Shown: positions 21,521-34,482 of the stretch, one piece after another | How positions within the stretch are numbered: the first letter of the stretch is position 1 | How the letters are laid out: each line of letters starts with the position of its first letter | From: Anthoceros angustus | Lineage: Eukaryota; Plantae; Anthocerotophyta | Direction: 5' to 3' | NCBI GenBank assembly: GCA_010909165.1 | Contig: MU008165.1 | Location: 1 to 64,000 of the forward strand | DNA: 64,000 nucleotides | Made by a program: the position numbers and the translations under genes | Notes under the pieces: generated by a model | The model's database searches: none | Told to the model about the DNA's origin: nothing | Seen by the model: only the letters and a program-made list of their open reading frames with translations

Positions 21521-22184
21521 AGCATGGATAACAACCTAATTAGTTGTAGCAACAAAAGATTCTATGGGTAGCCAAGTGAGCTACAACAACAATTAGGTGG
21601 CCAGGTGCTTGAAGGCTACATGAGCAGCCATGTTTCAAGTAACAACATCAACAACAACCCAACCGATTATGGGTAGCCAAGCAATCTGCAGCAACAACCA
21701 AGCCTAGAAGCAGGAACCTGGGCACTGGCTAGACATGATGTACGATGTTTTGCAAAGACCCGTACCCGATTCGGGAGAGGTTGGGAAATAACCCTTATAT
21801 GATGAAGTGTCATTAAGGGGGACCCTCAACAGGGGGTGTGAAGCTATCGAGATCAAACAAAAAAACTTTATGATCAAAGCAACAAGTAATACTCAACCAA
21901 TTGTGGGGACATTGTTCCCAAAGTTTGTGCCTAGAAGTACCCCCTTCATTCAAAAAAGAAAAGAAAAAGTTATAACATTGCCGGATTTAGGGTTTAGGGT
22001 TGCTGATATAATCTATGACGATAATTATAATCTATGACGGAATTTAAGAAAACGAAAAACAAAAACATTGTTTCCTGAACAATGTTTTTTTTTCTTAAAA
22101 TTAGATTATATGCCCGGATATAATTAGATATGACCGAGTTTAGATAATTATATGCTGATCAGAATGTGATACGGATGCTGTCAG

Positions 22185-22532
22185 TTTGAGGAAGCTGCAA
22201 GGAGCAAGGAAAAGATGGCGCGCTGGACGAGCTGACGCCCGTGCTGCAGAAGCTGGGAAGGGCGCACGTACCTCGTGCTGTGATTGATCCGCACTTCGAT
22301 GTGAGTTTCTGGTGGTTGCTGCTTGCGCTGCGTGTTCCACAGCTCAGGAGATGGTGTTGTTCTAAGAATTGTTTCTTGGCAGGTGGTGAAATATGTGTTG
22401 CTGAAGACTGTTGCGGGAGAGCTGCCTGGGCCTGATGCCGCCAACCTAACAGAGGCCTGGGGCGAGGCGTTTGATACGCTGGCGGATATCATGAAAGCTG
22501 AAATGCAGGCAGCGAGGGAGGCGCAAGCTTAG
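22185..22532 (+). pseudogene. Phytoglobin (non-symbiotic hemoglobin), last two exons only
   Basis: DGALDELTPVLQKLGRAHVPRAVIDPHFD|intron 22301-22382|VVKYVLLKT...EAWGEAFDTLADIMKAEM. The proximal His is present and the intron is at the conserved plant-globin HF.|VV position. Frameshift near 22200; no exons 1-2 found upstream. Confidence 0.8.
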
Positions 22533-22712
22533 ATTGCGGCATTTGTGCTTTATCTGGACGCTTGTTGACGGATTGGTTCTTGATCGAGTTGCCATCCTCC
22601 CATCTGTGCATTAGCTGTTAGAATCTGTCAAAAAGAATTGTAGGTTGTTTTACATGAGGATGGGGTAGGATAGGGTAGGATTGTGGATAACGAAACGAGG
22701 CCATACCACCTT

Positions 22713-24546
22713 CTATTGATTGAAGGAATTAGAATTGGAAGCTGGAGATGTGATCACTTCTCCACGCAACAACTTGCGTTTCTGACCGCCTGCAGGAGCT
22801 TGGGAATTTGCGGATGGGAACATGTTGATGACCAAGTCCTGCTGCTTGTCCCGTGGATTTCCTCGGTACACTGTCATCGTGAAATTCTCGATGTCGAACA
22901 AGACTGTGCACAGGGTGCACAACTGAGGACCTGCCAGAAGCCGTCACAGAAATTGAGCCGAAAAAATCCGTCAAAGGAAAGTAAGCCAAAAGAAATCGCT
23001 ATAAAAATAACACAAGCTGAGCGGGACCTTGCATGTATATCGGGAAGTCGGTGTCAGAGGCATCCCCCAAGAGGTCCAGAGCCTCCCATTTCCTAGACTT
23101 CCGCAAATGGAGTGCCCGCTTCTCTCGATGAACCGAGCTCTCGTGAACAATCTGGAAACTCCATCGTTTGACAGAACGTTGAACTCATGCAGCCACATCG
23201 CAATTGCTAAGTCTCGTTTCAAATCACAAACCTGTGGAACCTGCAAGTGCCGGTACATGTTGGCATGGAAGAAAGGTTCTGCTCCAATTTCTTTCTGCGA
23301 GAATCGTGATTTCGATGCAGTCTCCACAGTGACGATCTTCCTCAGGCCGAGATGCAGCAAGTTGTAGTTGTGGCCAGAGGCCAGTCCCCTGTGCTTGATT
23401 CTCTGGACACATGACGTGCACAAGAGGTAGAATGAGATAGCAAACAGTTTTGAAAGCAATTTCGGACCTGTGAGAGAACATCTTACTCTTAGGGCATCTT
23501 CCAAGTCAAGGCTTTCAAGCAAATCACGGGAGATAAAGTTACGGCCAATGCCTCCTGCCACGGCCTCTTCTGTAGCCAGAGGGACAGCATTCAGAGTAAA
23601 TCCCTGCCACATGAGGTATCCAGACTTGGATGAAGTTGCCCTATCCGATGTTAGAGAGAGCATGTTTCAAGCACTGGACAGTGGTAGGAAGCATACGAAA
23701 CCCGCAGTGTTGAAGCCGAAAGCACAACTAGGAAGCTCTCCAGCGTAGGTGTAAGCCACGAAGGTCAGGTCATCTCGACAAGCATATTGGACGAGATACC
23801 TGACAGAACATCAAACCTGTTGAGTGCAAGAACATGTCCTCAATGAGTTCAACAAGTATGCAAGCTTAGGAGCATGACAGTACGCATGATCTTTGACAGA
23901 AGCATCGGCATCTTCGTTGTGGGCGATAAAGGCTTTGCCAGCTTCACCATCGTCGGCGCACATGAGGACATCAGAGCACTGGTCAGCTTCACCAACATCC
24001 AGCTTTAACTGAGCCTCTGGAAGAAACGGGGCAATCTCCTTACGAAGATTCAGCAGGAGGAGCTGCAGTGACCAATGATCCAAACATTAAAAAACCTGCC
24101 GGTCAAGGATACAGTGCTGCTTATTCTCCTACCCTCACCTCCAGAAAAGGAGCTCCAGATCCATGTGCTGTGCCTTGCAGCTCATCCCAGTAGAGGGGAT
24201 ACTCGGATCTGACATGAGAGCAAGCAAGCAGACTTAGCTCCCCCTTATCCTCATGGACTGATGTGTGACTTCAAGAAGGAAAAACAAACCAGGACCTGTG
24301 GATTATGGAACAGGCTCGAGGTAGTAGGGGCAAGAACCTGTTTGTTGTGGAAAGGGCCTTGACAAGCTCCTGTCCTTCCTGCGTAGCTGCAAATGGCAAC
24401 AACTTCGAGTGCAAGTGAGGATCTCCCGCTAACCTGCTTTTGATCATGTCCGAGAATTTCTTCCCTATCTCAAATCCCAAATCGTAGGGCGTGCCATCCC
24501 TGACGGTGATGGATGGAATACTGCAGCTCGATGGGATGTCATACAT
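22713..24546 (-). CDS. Peptidase C45 / acyl-CoA:6-APA acyltransferase (AAT)-like Ntn hydrolase, multi-exon
   Basis: Exons encode GTPYDLGFEIGKKF, YPLYWDELQGTAHGSG, LLNLRKEI..DQCSDVL (nucleophile Cys)..IAHNEDA, AYTYAGELPSCAFGFN, FTLNAVP..GIGRNFISRDLLE, GHNYNL, FFHANMYRHL, FPIYMQG and TLCTVLFD..YRGNP. Confidence 0.88.
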
Positions 24547-24897
24547 GTTGGACCTGTTCAGGCCAACACGAGAGACTAGGGCTATTCTTCACGAAGATGA
24601 CAAGGGGGCAGAAATGTTTGTGTCGTTTTGACAGAGGATATCTATTGCTGAATTTGAAGCGGGAAACATCTGCCAAAACCCGACTGTTCGACTGCTGATT
24701 ATGAATGGTGTGGCTACTGATCACAACAACACTTCCATCTGGCCATGAGCTGGCTTGCAGGATGTCTTCATTTGACACCATAATACAGGGTGGGTCATTG
24801 GTAATTTATCTTTTCTCAATTATGTACAGATACTTCTTCAAGAAGAAGAAAAATACCGCGACTACTACCACCTAACAAAAATCCTTGAGCAATCGGA

Positions 24898-25954
24898 TCA
24901 CTGCAGAATGTCGTAGTCGTCAAGCCGTTCATTATACGCAAGGACCTTTCTTCTGATGGACGATGTATCCACCCAGGTCACATAGTCTTCCATCTTCCTG
25001 GTCACTAGAAATGCAGGATCCGTGATAGTTTCTGTCGCAACACGGATATCTGCACAGCAAGCTCGCTTCAGTGTGCTGCTCTACGAAGGGCTCCAGACAA
25101 CCTCTACGGCAGATAAACTCTCACTTGATTGTGAACATCAGAGGAGTCAAACGGCCATTATCACAAACTACAACATCCGCAATCACTGCACTGGGGTGGG
25201 GAAGGTGAAGGTTTAGGGTTAGAGGCATACGGCCTTGTTCGATGAACGTCACAGCCTCCTTCATCGTCTCAGCGAAGTGTTTGTTGACGAGGACAACAGC
25301 CAATCTCCTCCTGTACATCCAACACACGATAAGAGACACAGGAACAGAAAACTGAAATTCTGCTCGGTGTCCATAATTCCAACCGCATGTCACACAACAG
25401 CTGCCCAGACCCGCATCGGCTAACCTGCAGAAAGCCGAAACTGCGAGCTTCTCCACGCTTTCCAGAGAGCTCGCATCTTTGATAACGCCCATCATATGTC
25501 TGCACAGTCCAGTACCAGATCGTCATCCAAAACAGCGGCTGCCAGATGCACCATCACTGTAACCAAGCTCCATCAGCATTGTCAAAAAAAGAAAAAAATA
25601 CAAAGCACCTACAGCTTCTCCAGCAGGGCCTGGCTCAGCTCAGCTCTGAAAGGATCATCCGGATCCAGCTTCTTGAGGAAGTTGACAAGCTTGGTGACAG
25701 TTCCACACAAGCGGCTATACCTGACATCACCAAAATGCAGCATCGTAAGAACCCGAAGCAACAAATTCTCTACCCTAGCCTGCAAGCTCATGGCAATTCA
25801 ATAGCTGTGGAGAATCTCACTTCAGGTAGTCATCTCGGCCAGTGATATGGTACTTTCGCATGACACGGAGCTCATGGCCAGCCCGCTCCTGTTTCCATTC
25901 CAGAAAGTTAACCTTCTTGAGCAACTTCTGCTCGTGGAATTTCAGCTTCCGCAT
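24898..25954 (-). CDS. IMP3: U3 snoRNP protein IMP3 (S4 domain), multi-exon
   Basis: [111 protein letters not shown]. Confidence 0.95.
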
Positions 25955-26354
25955 GTTGCCGCAAGAAGCGGCCTACAAGCTGCAATCTCGAAACACAATT
26001 TGCGACTCAAGGTTTGCCACTGAAGATTCACGTCTTAGACCTATGTCCTATTATATAGATTGGGGAATCCCGTTGTGGAAAACTAATAAAAAGTGCCGCA
26101 TGCCATACATATATACACCTGTAGATATATACATCGAGATCGAGCTGTTAGCGTGACGATAAGAATGCGCTACATGCCATAGATATACAGAGCTGTGGAT
26201 ACACATACATCGAGCTGTTTGCGAGGGCGTGGTGGAGTTGTGTTGTGCGGCCTGGCTGCGTGGCGTCCATGGATAAATGCAGAAGCCCAGCAGTTGAGCG
26301 GGATGGGCTGCTCTTTCGGCAAATGGTAACAAGCAGCATGGTGTGGAAAAGTTG

Positions 26355-28958
26355 ATGAGCTTCTTTGATTGTGGAAGAAGGCTGACTCATGTTGCTGCCT
26401 TGCAGCAGGTATACAAGGAGATTCGGGTTGTCCAGAATGCAGGCAGGGGAAGTGGGTCAAGGATGAGGATGATAGCAGTGGCCATTGAGCAAGATCAAGC
26501 ACGTGGTCGATGGAGGCCCTGGCTACCTCCTATGCCTGGTGATATGGATGCTGGGAGTTCGGGGAAGGAGGATAAGAGGTAGTGCTCAGAGGTGTGTAAC
26601 TTTGGCAGCCAGGGGCTCTGCAGGGATGTTGACATTGCTGCCGAAGCTTATAGATGAGCATGCTTGGTCTTACAGGGGGTGATGATGCCTATGCCTTGGG
26701 ATGAGCCGGAGTCGAGGCGGAGTGGCTTGGAAAATGGGAGAAGAAGTGTCCAACGGGGCACGCCAAGGAGGAGGGTGGTAAGGTCAGCAGAGGAGGAAGG
26801 GGAAGGCAAGGAAGGCCCTAGGCAAGCTGGTCGTCCTCCTGTGGATGTTGCAGAACTGTGCAATGAAGGGCGGTTGAAAGAAGCCATGGGCGTTCTCCTG
26901 ACCTTGGAGGAGAATGGGTCCAGGCGGTACACTGCAGTTTATGCTTCTCTGTTGAACTGTTGCATCAAGAGGAAAGCACTGGCGGAGGGAAGACGTGTTC
27001 ATGCACACATGACTAAAATTGGGTTTAAGCCTGATATGTTCTTGTCAAATACTCTTGTGCATATGTATGCCAAGTGTGGGAGCATGGTGGATGCACGCCA
27101 GTTTTTTGATCAGATGGCTATGCGGAATGTGGTTTCGTGGACAGTTGTGATTGCGGGCTATGCCCAACATGGGCACAACATTGAAGCACTGAAGCTGTTC
27201 AGTAGAATGGAGAGGGAAAATGTGCAGCCAAACAAGGCTACTCTTGTGACCATTCTGAACGTGTATGGGAGCTTAGCAGACCTGGAGGGGGCAAGCGGGT
27301 GCATGAGCTTGCTGTTCGGGCTGGTTACAACTCTGACCTGTTTGTTGGAACTGCACTCATCTCGATGTATGCTAAGTGCAAGAGGATGGAAGAGGCACGA
27401 CAGGTTTTTCACAGATGTCAGAGCGTAATGTGGTGGCATGGTCTGCTGTGATTGCGGGCTATGCACAGAATGGATCTGGAGAGGAGGCTTTTAGGCTGTT
27501 TCGTAAAATGCAAGAGGTAGGTGTGGAGCCAAATGAGGTCACCTTGCCAGTATCATCAATGTGTGCGCTAGCCTTGAGGCACTGGAAGAGGGCAGACAAG
27601 TCCATGCGCATCTCGTCAAGCGTGGCTTTGGGTCGGATGCTTTTGTCAACAGCTCTCTCATTCATATGTATGCCAAATGCGGCAGCATCGAAGAGGCTCG
27701 GGGGCTGTTCAACAAGCTTCAACGACGAGATATGGTTGCCTGGACTTCCATCATAACTGGATACAATCAACAAAACCAGCCTCAGGAGGCACTAATGCTG
27801 TACAAGCAAATGCTGCAGGAAGGGGTGAAGCCTGGAAAGCATACTCTTTCCTCTGTCTTGAATGCATGTGCCAGCCTTGCCGCCTTGACACATGGTAAGC
27901 AAGTGCACCAGCTGATCATCAAGCTCGGGTTTCAATCGGATGTCTTCATTGCTAATGCTCTTATCGACATGTATGCCAAAAGCGGCAGCATCGAGGATGC
28001 AAAAGCAGTGTTTGAAGGTATCAGGAAACCAAATGTGATCTCCTGGACCAGCATGATTGCCGGATATGCCAAGCATGGATTGGGCTGGGATGCGCTTCAG
28101 CTCTTTGAAAAGATGCAGCGGAAAGGCGCGGAGATCAATCATGTCACCTTTGTGAGCATATTGACGGCCTGCAGCCATGTGGGTTTGGTGAATGAAGCTC
28201 GCTACTATTTCGACTACATGAAGAGGATACATAACATTACCCCAACAGCAAAGCACTATGCTTGTCTGGTTGATGTTCTTGGCCGTGCTGGGCGTCTGGA
28301 TGAAAGTGAAGAACTGGTAGCTAAGATGCAGTGTGAACCAAATGCTGTAGTGTTCAAGGCATTGCTCGGGGCCTGTAGAATCCATGGAAATGTCGAACTA
28401 GCAACGCATGCAGCCGAGCGCATACTCGAGCTGGAGCCAGGTGACAGTGCAGCTTTTATGCTGCTTGCGAGCATATATGCTGCAGCTGGCAGAAGGGAGG
28501 ACGAAGCACGAGTCAGGAGCTTGATGAAGGAGCGGGGTGTGAAGAAGGAGACTGGACAAAGCTCTATTGAACTCAGAGGCCAGGTGCACGTGTTCATTGC
28601 AGAGGATAGACAACACCCACAAACCAAAGAAATCTATGCAAGACTGGACAGCCTCATTACAAACATCAAGTCAGCAGGATATGTCCCTAACACAAGCCTG
28701 GTGCTGCATGACATAGAGGAAGAGCAGAAGGAGCAGTCCATCTGTCACCACAGCGAGAAGCTGGCCATTGCTTTCGGGCTCATCAACACCCCTCCAGGAA
28801 CAACACTCCGCATCATGAAGAACCTACGTGTGTGTGAGGACTGTCATACTGCCACCAAGTACATCTCAAAGGCTGTCAAACGGCAAATTATTGCAAGAGA
28901 TGCAAACCGTTTCCACCACTTCAAGGACGGGAAGTGCTCTTGTGGAGACTACTGGTAG
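26355..28958 (+). CDS. PLS-class PPR protein with E and DYW cytidine-deaminase domain (organellar C-to-U editing factor); three -1 frameshifts in this sequence
   Basis: PPR motifs (DMFLSNTLVHMYAKCGS, NVVSWTVVIAGYAQHG, etc.). DYW domain HHSEKLAIAFGL..KNLRVCEDCH..RDANRFHHFKDGKCSCGDYW*. Probable intron ~26579-26674; start codon uncertain. Confidence 0.9.
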
Positions 28959-29207
28959 ACTCCTGAGAAATGTCGCTGCCACGCAGCACTTGAACCAGCA
29001 ACTCAAATCGAGCTCAACAACCTCGAACTGTGACCAGCAGGAACCCTGGATGTCGAATGTCAGCATGGACTGAAGGTCAGTGAAATGCTGTCCTTTCTTC
29101 CCTTACCTGATTCAAAACTGCAAGGTGAACTGTCTTATGTCTCAACTGTTGTGCAGCCTTCCATTCCAGCTCTCAGAACCTGCATCGTGTTGTTGCATCT
29201 CAAAAAC

Positions 29208-32200
29208 AATGAAAAAAGCAGGTGATGCTCCGAACTGAGCTCACCTGCAGTCTGAGCCCTGTCGGCATCTGCCTGAACTTGCTGACGGGCGAGGTTTGCT
29301 GCTGTGCAGGCAAAGGACTGGAGCAGCTGAACACGGCATTGATAGAAAAATGAGACTGTTTGCACATAATTCCAGACCTGATCACAGCACTGCAAACTAT
29401 GGTGCAATTAAGCATACTTCCAGCAAGTACTTCGGTTCCAACGTTCCATCGACGACGTCAGCAAGCCCTAGGCCCGCCAAAGGTGCTCCAACTGCCCTCG
29501 ATTTCGAGAAAGCCTTGTTTGGTCTGATGTCAATTTCGATCCGCCGACTTCCTGTTCAGGTTGCAATCTCCCAACCAACAGCAACAATGACTTTATTTAT
29601 GTCCACTAAGAAATCGTACATTGTAAACAGAGGCGAAACATTGCGGACATATACATACATATGAACTAGAGAGACACATACGTAAAATGGAAAAAAAAGG
29701 AAGGAAAGCTATAAAGAGGCAAAAGAGTACTAAAGAGTCGAACGCGAAATGGAAAAAAAGGGAAGGAAAGCTATAAGAGGCAAAAAAGCGATAAAGAGTC
29801 GAACTGAGTTTGCCGAAAATCAAGAAGCCTACATAGACATAGGCCATGAGGCTTCGGAATATGAAACGAGAAGAATCTGCGCAAAGAAAAACTAGCACAC
29901 TCATGTAGCGAGCCTGAATAGGAGTATAAACAGGGCAAAAGAAGAGGAAGTGCGATTCAGATTCAGGATCAAAGGAGCACAGCTTGCAAATAGGGGCAGC
30001 TTAGGGAGGTGTGGGCTTAAGCCAACGGTCGGTCTCGATTCGGAGGTGGTGGGAGCTAACACGGAATTGACCGATGAGAGTACGGAGCTTGAAAGAGAGG
30101 GGAATTGAGATAATGTGGTAGAGCAAGGAATCCAGAGGGAGGATTGACACGAAACTCCTCCTTGTAGAAACGGAGTTTGGACGTTAGGGGAGGGGCAAAT
30201 GAAACGGAACCAAGTGAGACGAAGGTATCTTAATTTAAAGTCCCGTCGTATGAGGCGATTGGGAGGGAGATGAGAAAGGGGGAGGGGGGAATGGGAAGTT
30301 GGCCAAGCCGGGAGTCTAAGGGGTGCAAAGTTAAGCCGTTAAAGCCAAGCAGCTGCTTGGGAGAGCAAGAAAAAGAAGCTTGGGAATCAGTATTGAGCCA
30401 AAGGGAGCAGAAAGACCAGTAGGCCCTTAAGGAGATGGTAGGCGGGGGAGGGGGTGTTGACAATGTCAAGGAGGAGGAGGCGGTAAAAGAAACAAGAGAG
30501 GCGAAAGAAGCCATCAAGTTCAAGGGGGAAGGCAGCAAATCCACCTTAGCCCAAGAGGAAGAGGAAAGACTTGGGCCCAATCCTCAGCACCATAAATAGT
30601 GGAGAGTATGATCAATGTGTTGAAAAATTGCTTCCGGAGGTTGATATCTTGAACATTCATCCTGTATAAAGCCCAGCGCAGAGCACCAGCAGCACCCATC
30701 CCCTTGGTGGCACGAGAAGAGGCAGAAAAGGTCCAATTGAACTTCCGACCAAAAATCGTAACACCTAGGTACATATAGGAGCGGACCATCTCCACCTTTT
30801 GACCATCATAATAGGATACGCAATCATCATCATAATAGGATACGCAATCATCATCATAATAGGATACGCAATCACCCTTGTAATCCTTAAAGTTGAATCG
30901 CATGATCTTGATCTTCCGCAGATTGACAGTGAGACCCTTGGCTTTACAACAACTAAAAAGCACATCCGATTGCAGTAGCTTTCGTGGAATGAAAAAGCAG
31001 GTGATGCTCCGAACTGAGCTCACCTGCAGTCTGAGCCCTGTCGGCATCTGCCTGAACTTGCTGACGGGCGAGGTTTGCTGCTGTGCAGGCAAAGGACTGG
31101 AGCAGCTGAACACGGCATTGATAGAAAAATGAGACTGTTTGCACATAATTCCAGACCTGATCACAGCACTGCAAACTATGGTGCAATTAAGCATACTTCC
31201 AGCAAGTACTTCGGTTCCAACGTTCCATCGACGACGTCAGCAAGCCCTAGGCCCGCCAAAGGTGCTCCAACTGCCCTCGATTTCGAGAAAGCCTTGTTTG
31301 GTCTGATGTCAATTTCGATCCGCCGACTTCCTGTTCAGGTTGCAATCTCCCAACCAACAGCAACAATGACTTTATTTATGTCCACTAAGAAATCGTACAT
31401 TGTAAACAGAGGCGAAACATTGCGGACATATACATACATATGAACTAGAGACACATACGTAAAATGGAAAAAAGGAAGGAAAGCTATAAAGAGGCAAAAG
31501 AGTACTAAAGAGTCAGACGCGAAATGGAAAAAAGGAAGGAAAGCTATAAGAAAAAAGCGATAAAGAGTCGAACTGAGTTTGCGAAAATCAAAAGCCTACA
31601 TAGACATAGGCCATGAGGCTTGGAATATGAAACGAGAAGAATCTGCGCAAAGAAAAACTAGCACACTCATGTAGCGAGCCGAATAGGAGTATAAGCAGGC
31701 AAAAGAGAAGTGCGATTGATTCGGGATCAAAGGAGCACTTGCAAATAGGGGCTTAGGGAGGTGGGCTTAAGCCAGCAGTCGGTCTCGATTCGGAGGTGGT
31801 GGGAGCTAACACGGAATTGACCGATGAGAGTACGGAGCTTGAAAGAGGGAATTGAGATAATGTGGTAGAGCAAGGAATCCAGGAGGAGGATTGACACGAA
31901 ACTCCTCCTTGTAGAAAGCGGAGTTTGGACGTTAGGGAGGGCAAATGAAAGCGGAACCAAGTGAGGCAGGTATCTTAATTTAAAGTCCGTCGATGAGGCG
32001 ATTGGGAGGAGATGAGAAAGGGGGAGGGGGGAATGGGAAGTTGGCCAAGCCGGGAGTCTAAGGGGTGCAAAGTTAAGCCGTTAAAATAGCGGTGAGAGCA
32101 AGAAAGAAGCTTGGGAATCGATGTTGAGCCAAAGGGAGCAGAAGACCAAGAGGGCCCTTAAGGAGATGGTAGGCGGGGGAAGGGGTGTTGACAATGTCAA

Positions 32201-32718
32201 GGAGGAGGAGGCGGTAAAAGAAACAAGAGAGGCGAAAGAAGCCATCAAGTTCAAGGGGGAAGGCAGCAAATCCACCTTAGCCCAAGAGGAAGAGGAAAGA
32301 CTTGGGCCCAATCCTCAGCACCATAAATAGTGGAGAGTATGATCAATGTGTTGAAAAATTGCTTCCGGAGGTTGATATCTTGAACATTCATCCTGTATAA
32401 AGCCCAGTAGCGAGCACCAAGACACCATCCCCTTGGTGGCACGAGAAGAGGCAGAAAAGGTCCAATTGAACTTGAGCCAAAATCGTAACACCTAGGTACA
32501 TATAGGAGCGGACCATCTCCACCTTTTGACCATCATAATAGGATACGCAATCATCATCATAATAGGATACGCAATCATCATCATAATAGGATACGCAATC
32601 ACCCTTGTAATCCTTAAAGTTGAATCGCATGATCTTGATCTTCCGCAGATTGACAGTGAGACCCTTGGCTTTACAACAACTAAAAAGCACATCCAGTTGC
32701 AGCTGTAAGCTTTCGTGG
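29208..32718. repeat. ~1.75-kb tandem duplication (29208-30987 and 30988-32718)
   Basis: ORFs 29296-29664 and 31075-31443 are identical at offset 1779. The unit is flanking DNA plus the LINE 3' part. Confidence 0.95.
29575..30987 (-). mobile_element. RTE-X-like LINE, 3' part (duplicated copy)
   Basis: KGLTVNLRKIKIMRF, VRSYMYLGVTI, LIGQFRVSSHHLRIETDRW..C..C....ESHFLFFCPVY, and AATAAA followed by a TTG-rich tail. Confidence 0.85.
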
Positions 32719-34420
32719 AATGCGAAAAAAGCACAATATCATCTGTATATAAAAGGATAGGGATACTTTCGAGGAACAGGTGAGCGCCAGGATCACCAAA
32801 TGACAGAAGGCACTCTTCAAGCTTGTCAATGTACGATCCAAAAAAATTTGGAGACAAAGGATCACCCTCACGAACGCCAAGCTGGATGGGAATTTGGTGA
32901 GTAGATAAATCACGAGGAATTTGGATGCAAGCATAAACCCGACTATAGAGGATAGTAGAGGCGTGCCACAAATGGGAGAGCCATCTCTAGACATTTCAGC
33001 CTATCAAAGGACTTGTCTCAAGGCACAAAGTTGAAAGCGCGCTTAAAATCCACAAAGCAGTAGTTGACATGATTCTTCCTATGCAATGAGCCTCATCAAT
33101 AATGGTCCGAAGGGTAAAAATATTGTCCAAAGTATTTCGGCTAGGGCGAAACCAGTTTGACTAAGGACACGCACTTTAGCCTCCTCAGCCCAAGAAGTAG
33201 TGAGAATCTCCAAGCAAGAGCTGAAAATCTTAGCATAAATAAACTCCACAATAACAAACATGTAGTTAGAAAGGAGGTGAGGGTCGCCCGCTTTAATAAT
33301 GGAGTGGATATCATTCTCACACCAGGGAGACGGGAAACCATGAGACAGGGCGTCATTAAATAGAGTGGCAAGGTGAGAAGAAAGGGAGACAGGATCAGCA
33401 AAACGGAATAAATCCCCACGAATACCCGCAAGGTCTAATGCGATACCTCTTCTCAATTTCTCGATGGCACGAGCCACGAGATGAGCGTTGAAAAACCTGA
33501 GGCCGGGATTAGACGAAATGGGGGCCGGGAGGGCAGAGGGGATGCGGTAAAGAGTATGAACATAGGAGAGCAAACTCAGAGTCACCTTTAAGCAGGATGG
33601 GAAAGCAACCGGGTAAGGAATTCCTTACAAAAGGCAGAGCCACCAAGAGACAACCGGAGGAGGGAAGTAAGACGGATGTGTTTAGATTGGAGGAATTGAG
33701 ACTTTTTATATGGAAAGGAAAGCTTTATAAGATTTGACAGTGGCTTTATAGAGGGGGAAATGATGAGGCCCAAAGGGCGAGGTGAAGCTGACGCAAGGTA
33801 AGACGTTATTAAAAGCACATGCGCTTACAGTCGATATCAAACCAAGGATGGAGAGGGGCCTGATTTTTGCGGGGGAGGGGGGTGGTAAATTTAAAAGAAA
33901 AAGTAGAGTGGGCATAAGAGAGAACAACAGAGGAGGAAGCAGCGGCCCGAGAAAGAAAGGGGAGGTCAGGGGAAATGGAAGTTAGGGAGGAATGGAGCAT
34001 GTGGGAGAATTAAGAAATAAGTCCATGGGAGAAGGTAAATTTGGTTGACAGACCATGTGTGGAATGAAGGGGAGGAGGGGTGGCAGAAAAGGTACAGAGA
34101 TCAAAATGGTCAACAACATGATCATGATTCCACACAGACGGAGTCGATGGTCCTCAAGTTAGAGATACGCGAAAGAAGCTCACCAATGACATAGTCTAAC
34201 TTGCTAGAGGAGGGACCGTCGCTGCTGAAAAATGAATTATCCGAACTATTTGGCCAGCAGGGAAGTCCGTTGAAGATGACCATGTTGTGAGACTCAACAA
34301 GGCCCAAAAGAGCAGCACCATAGGGGTTGATAGGATGGGAGTCGGAGAAGGTCTTGTTGAGGCCAAGGTCAACAGGGTCGAGTAGAGAAATCCTGTCAAA
34401 ATCCGAAGCATAAAAAATGT
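31355..34420 (-). mobile_element. Degenerate RTE-X-like LINE (AP-endonuclease C-terminus, RT, C-terminal Cys/His motif)
   Basis: NPYGAALLGLVESHNMVIFNG..SKLDYVI (endonuclease), PWFDIDC, CFVDFKRAF, GVREGDPLSPNFFGSYID and ILLYTDDIVLF (RT). Many indels. Confidence 0.88.
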
Positions 34421-34482
34421 TGACATCCGTGGGTGGATTAATATATGGAGCAAGGAGCCCATTCATAGGGGCTCTCAAAAGG

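Noticed and set aside
21985-21999. TTTAGGG x2 interstitial telomere
   Set aside because: Only two units; compatible with a telo-box or chance.
28540-28958. U-to-C (KP-type) DYW variant
   Set aside because: It has canonical HSEKLA and a DYW terminus with no KP-type signature, so it is treated as an ordinary C-to-U type.
29050-29560. Possible minus-strand exons (GSRRIEIDIRPNKAFSK..EPKYLLE etc.)
   Set aside because: Splice-like signals are present, but I could not build a consistent frame or assign a family.
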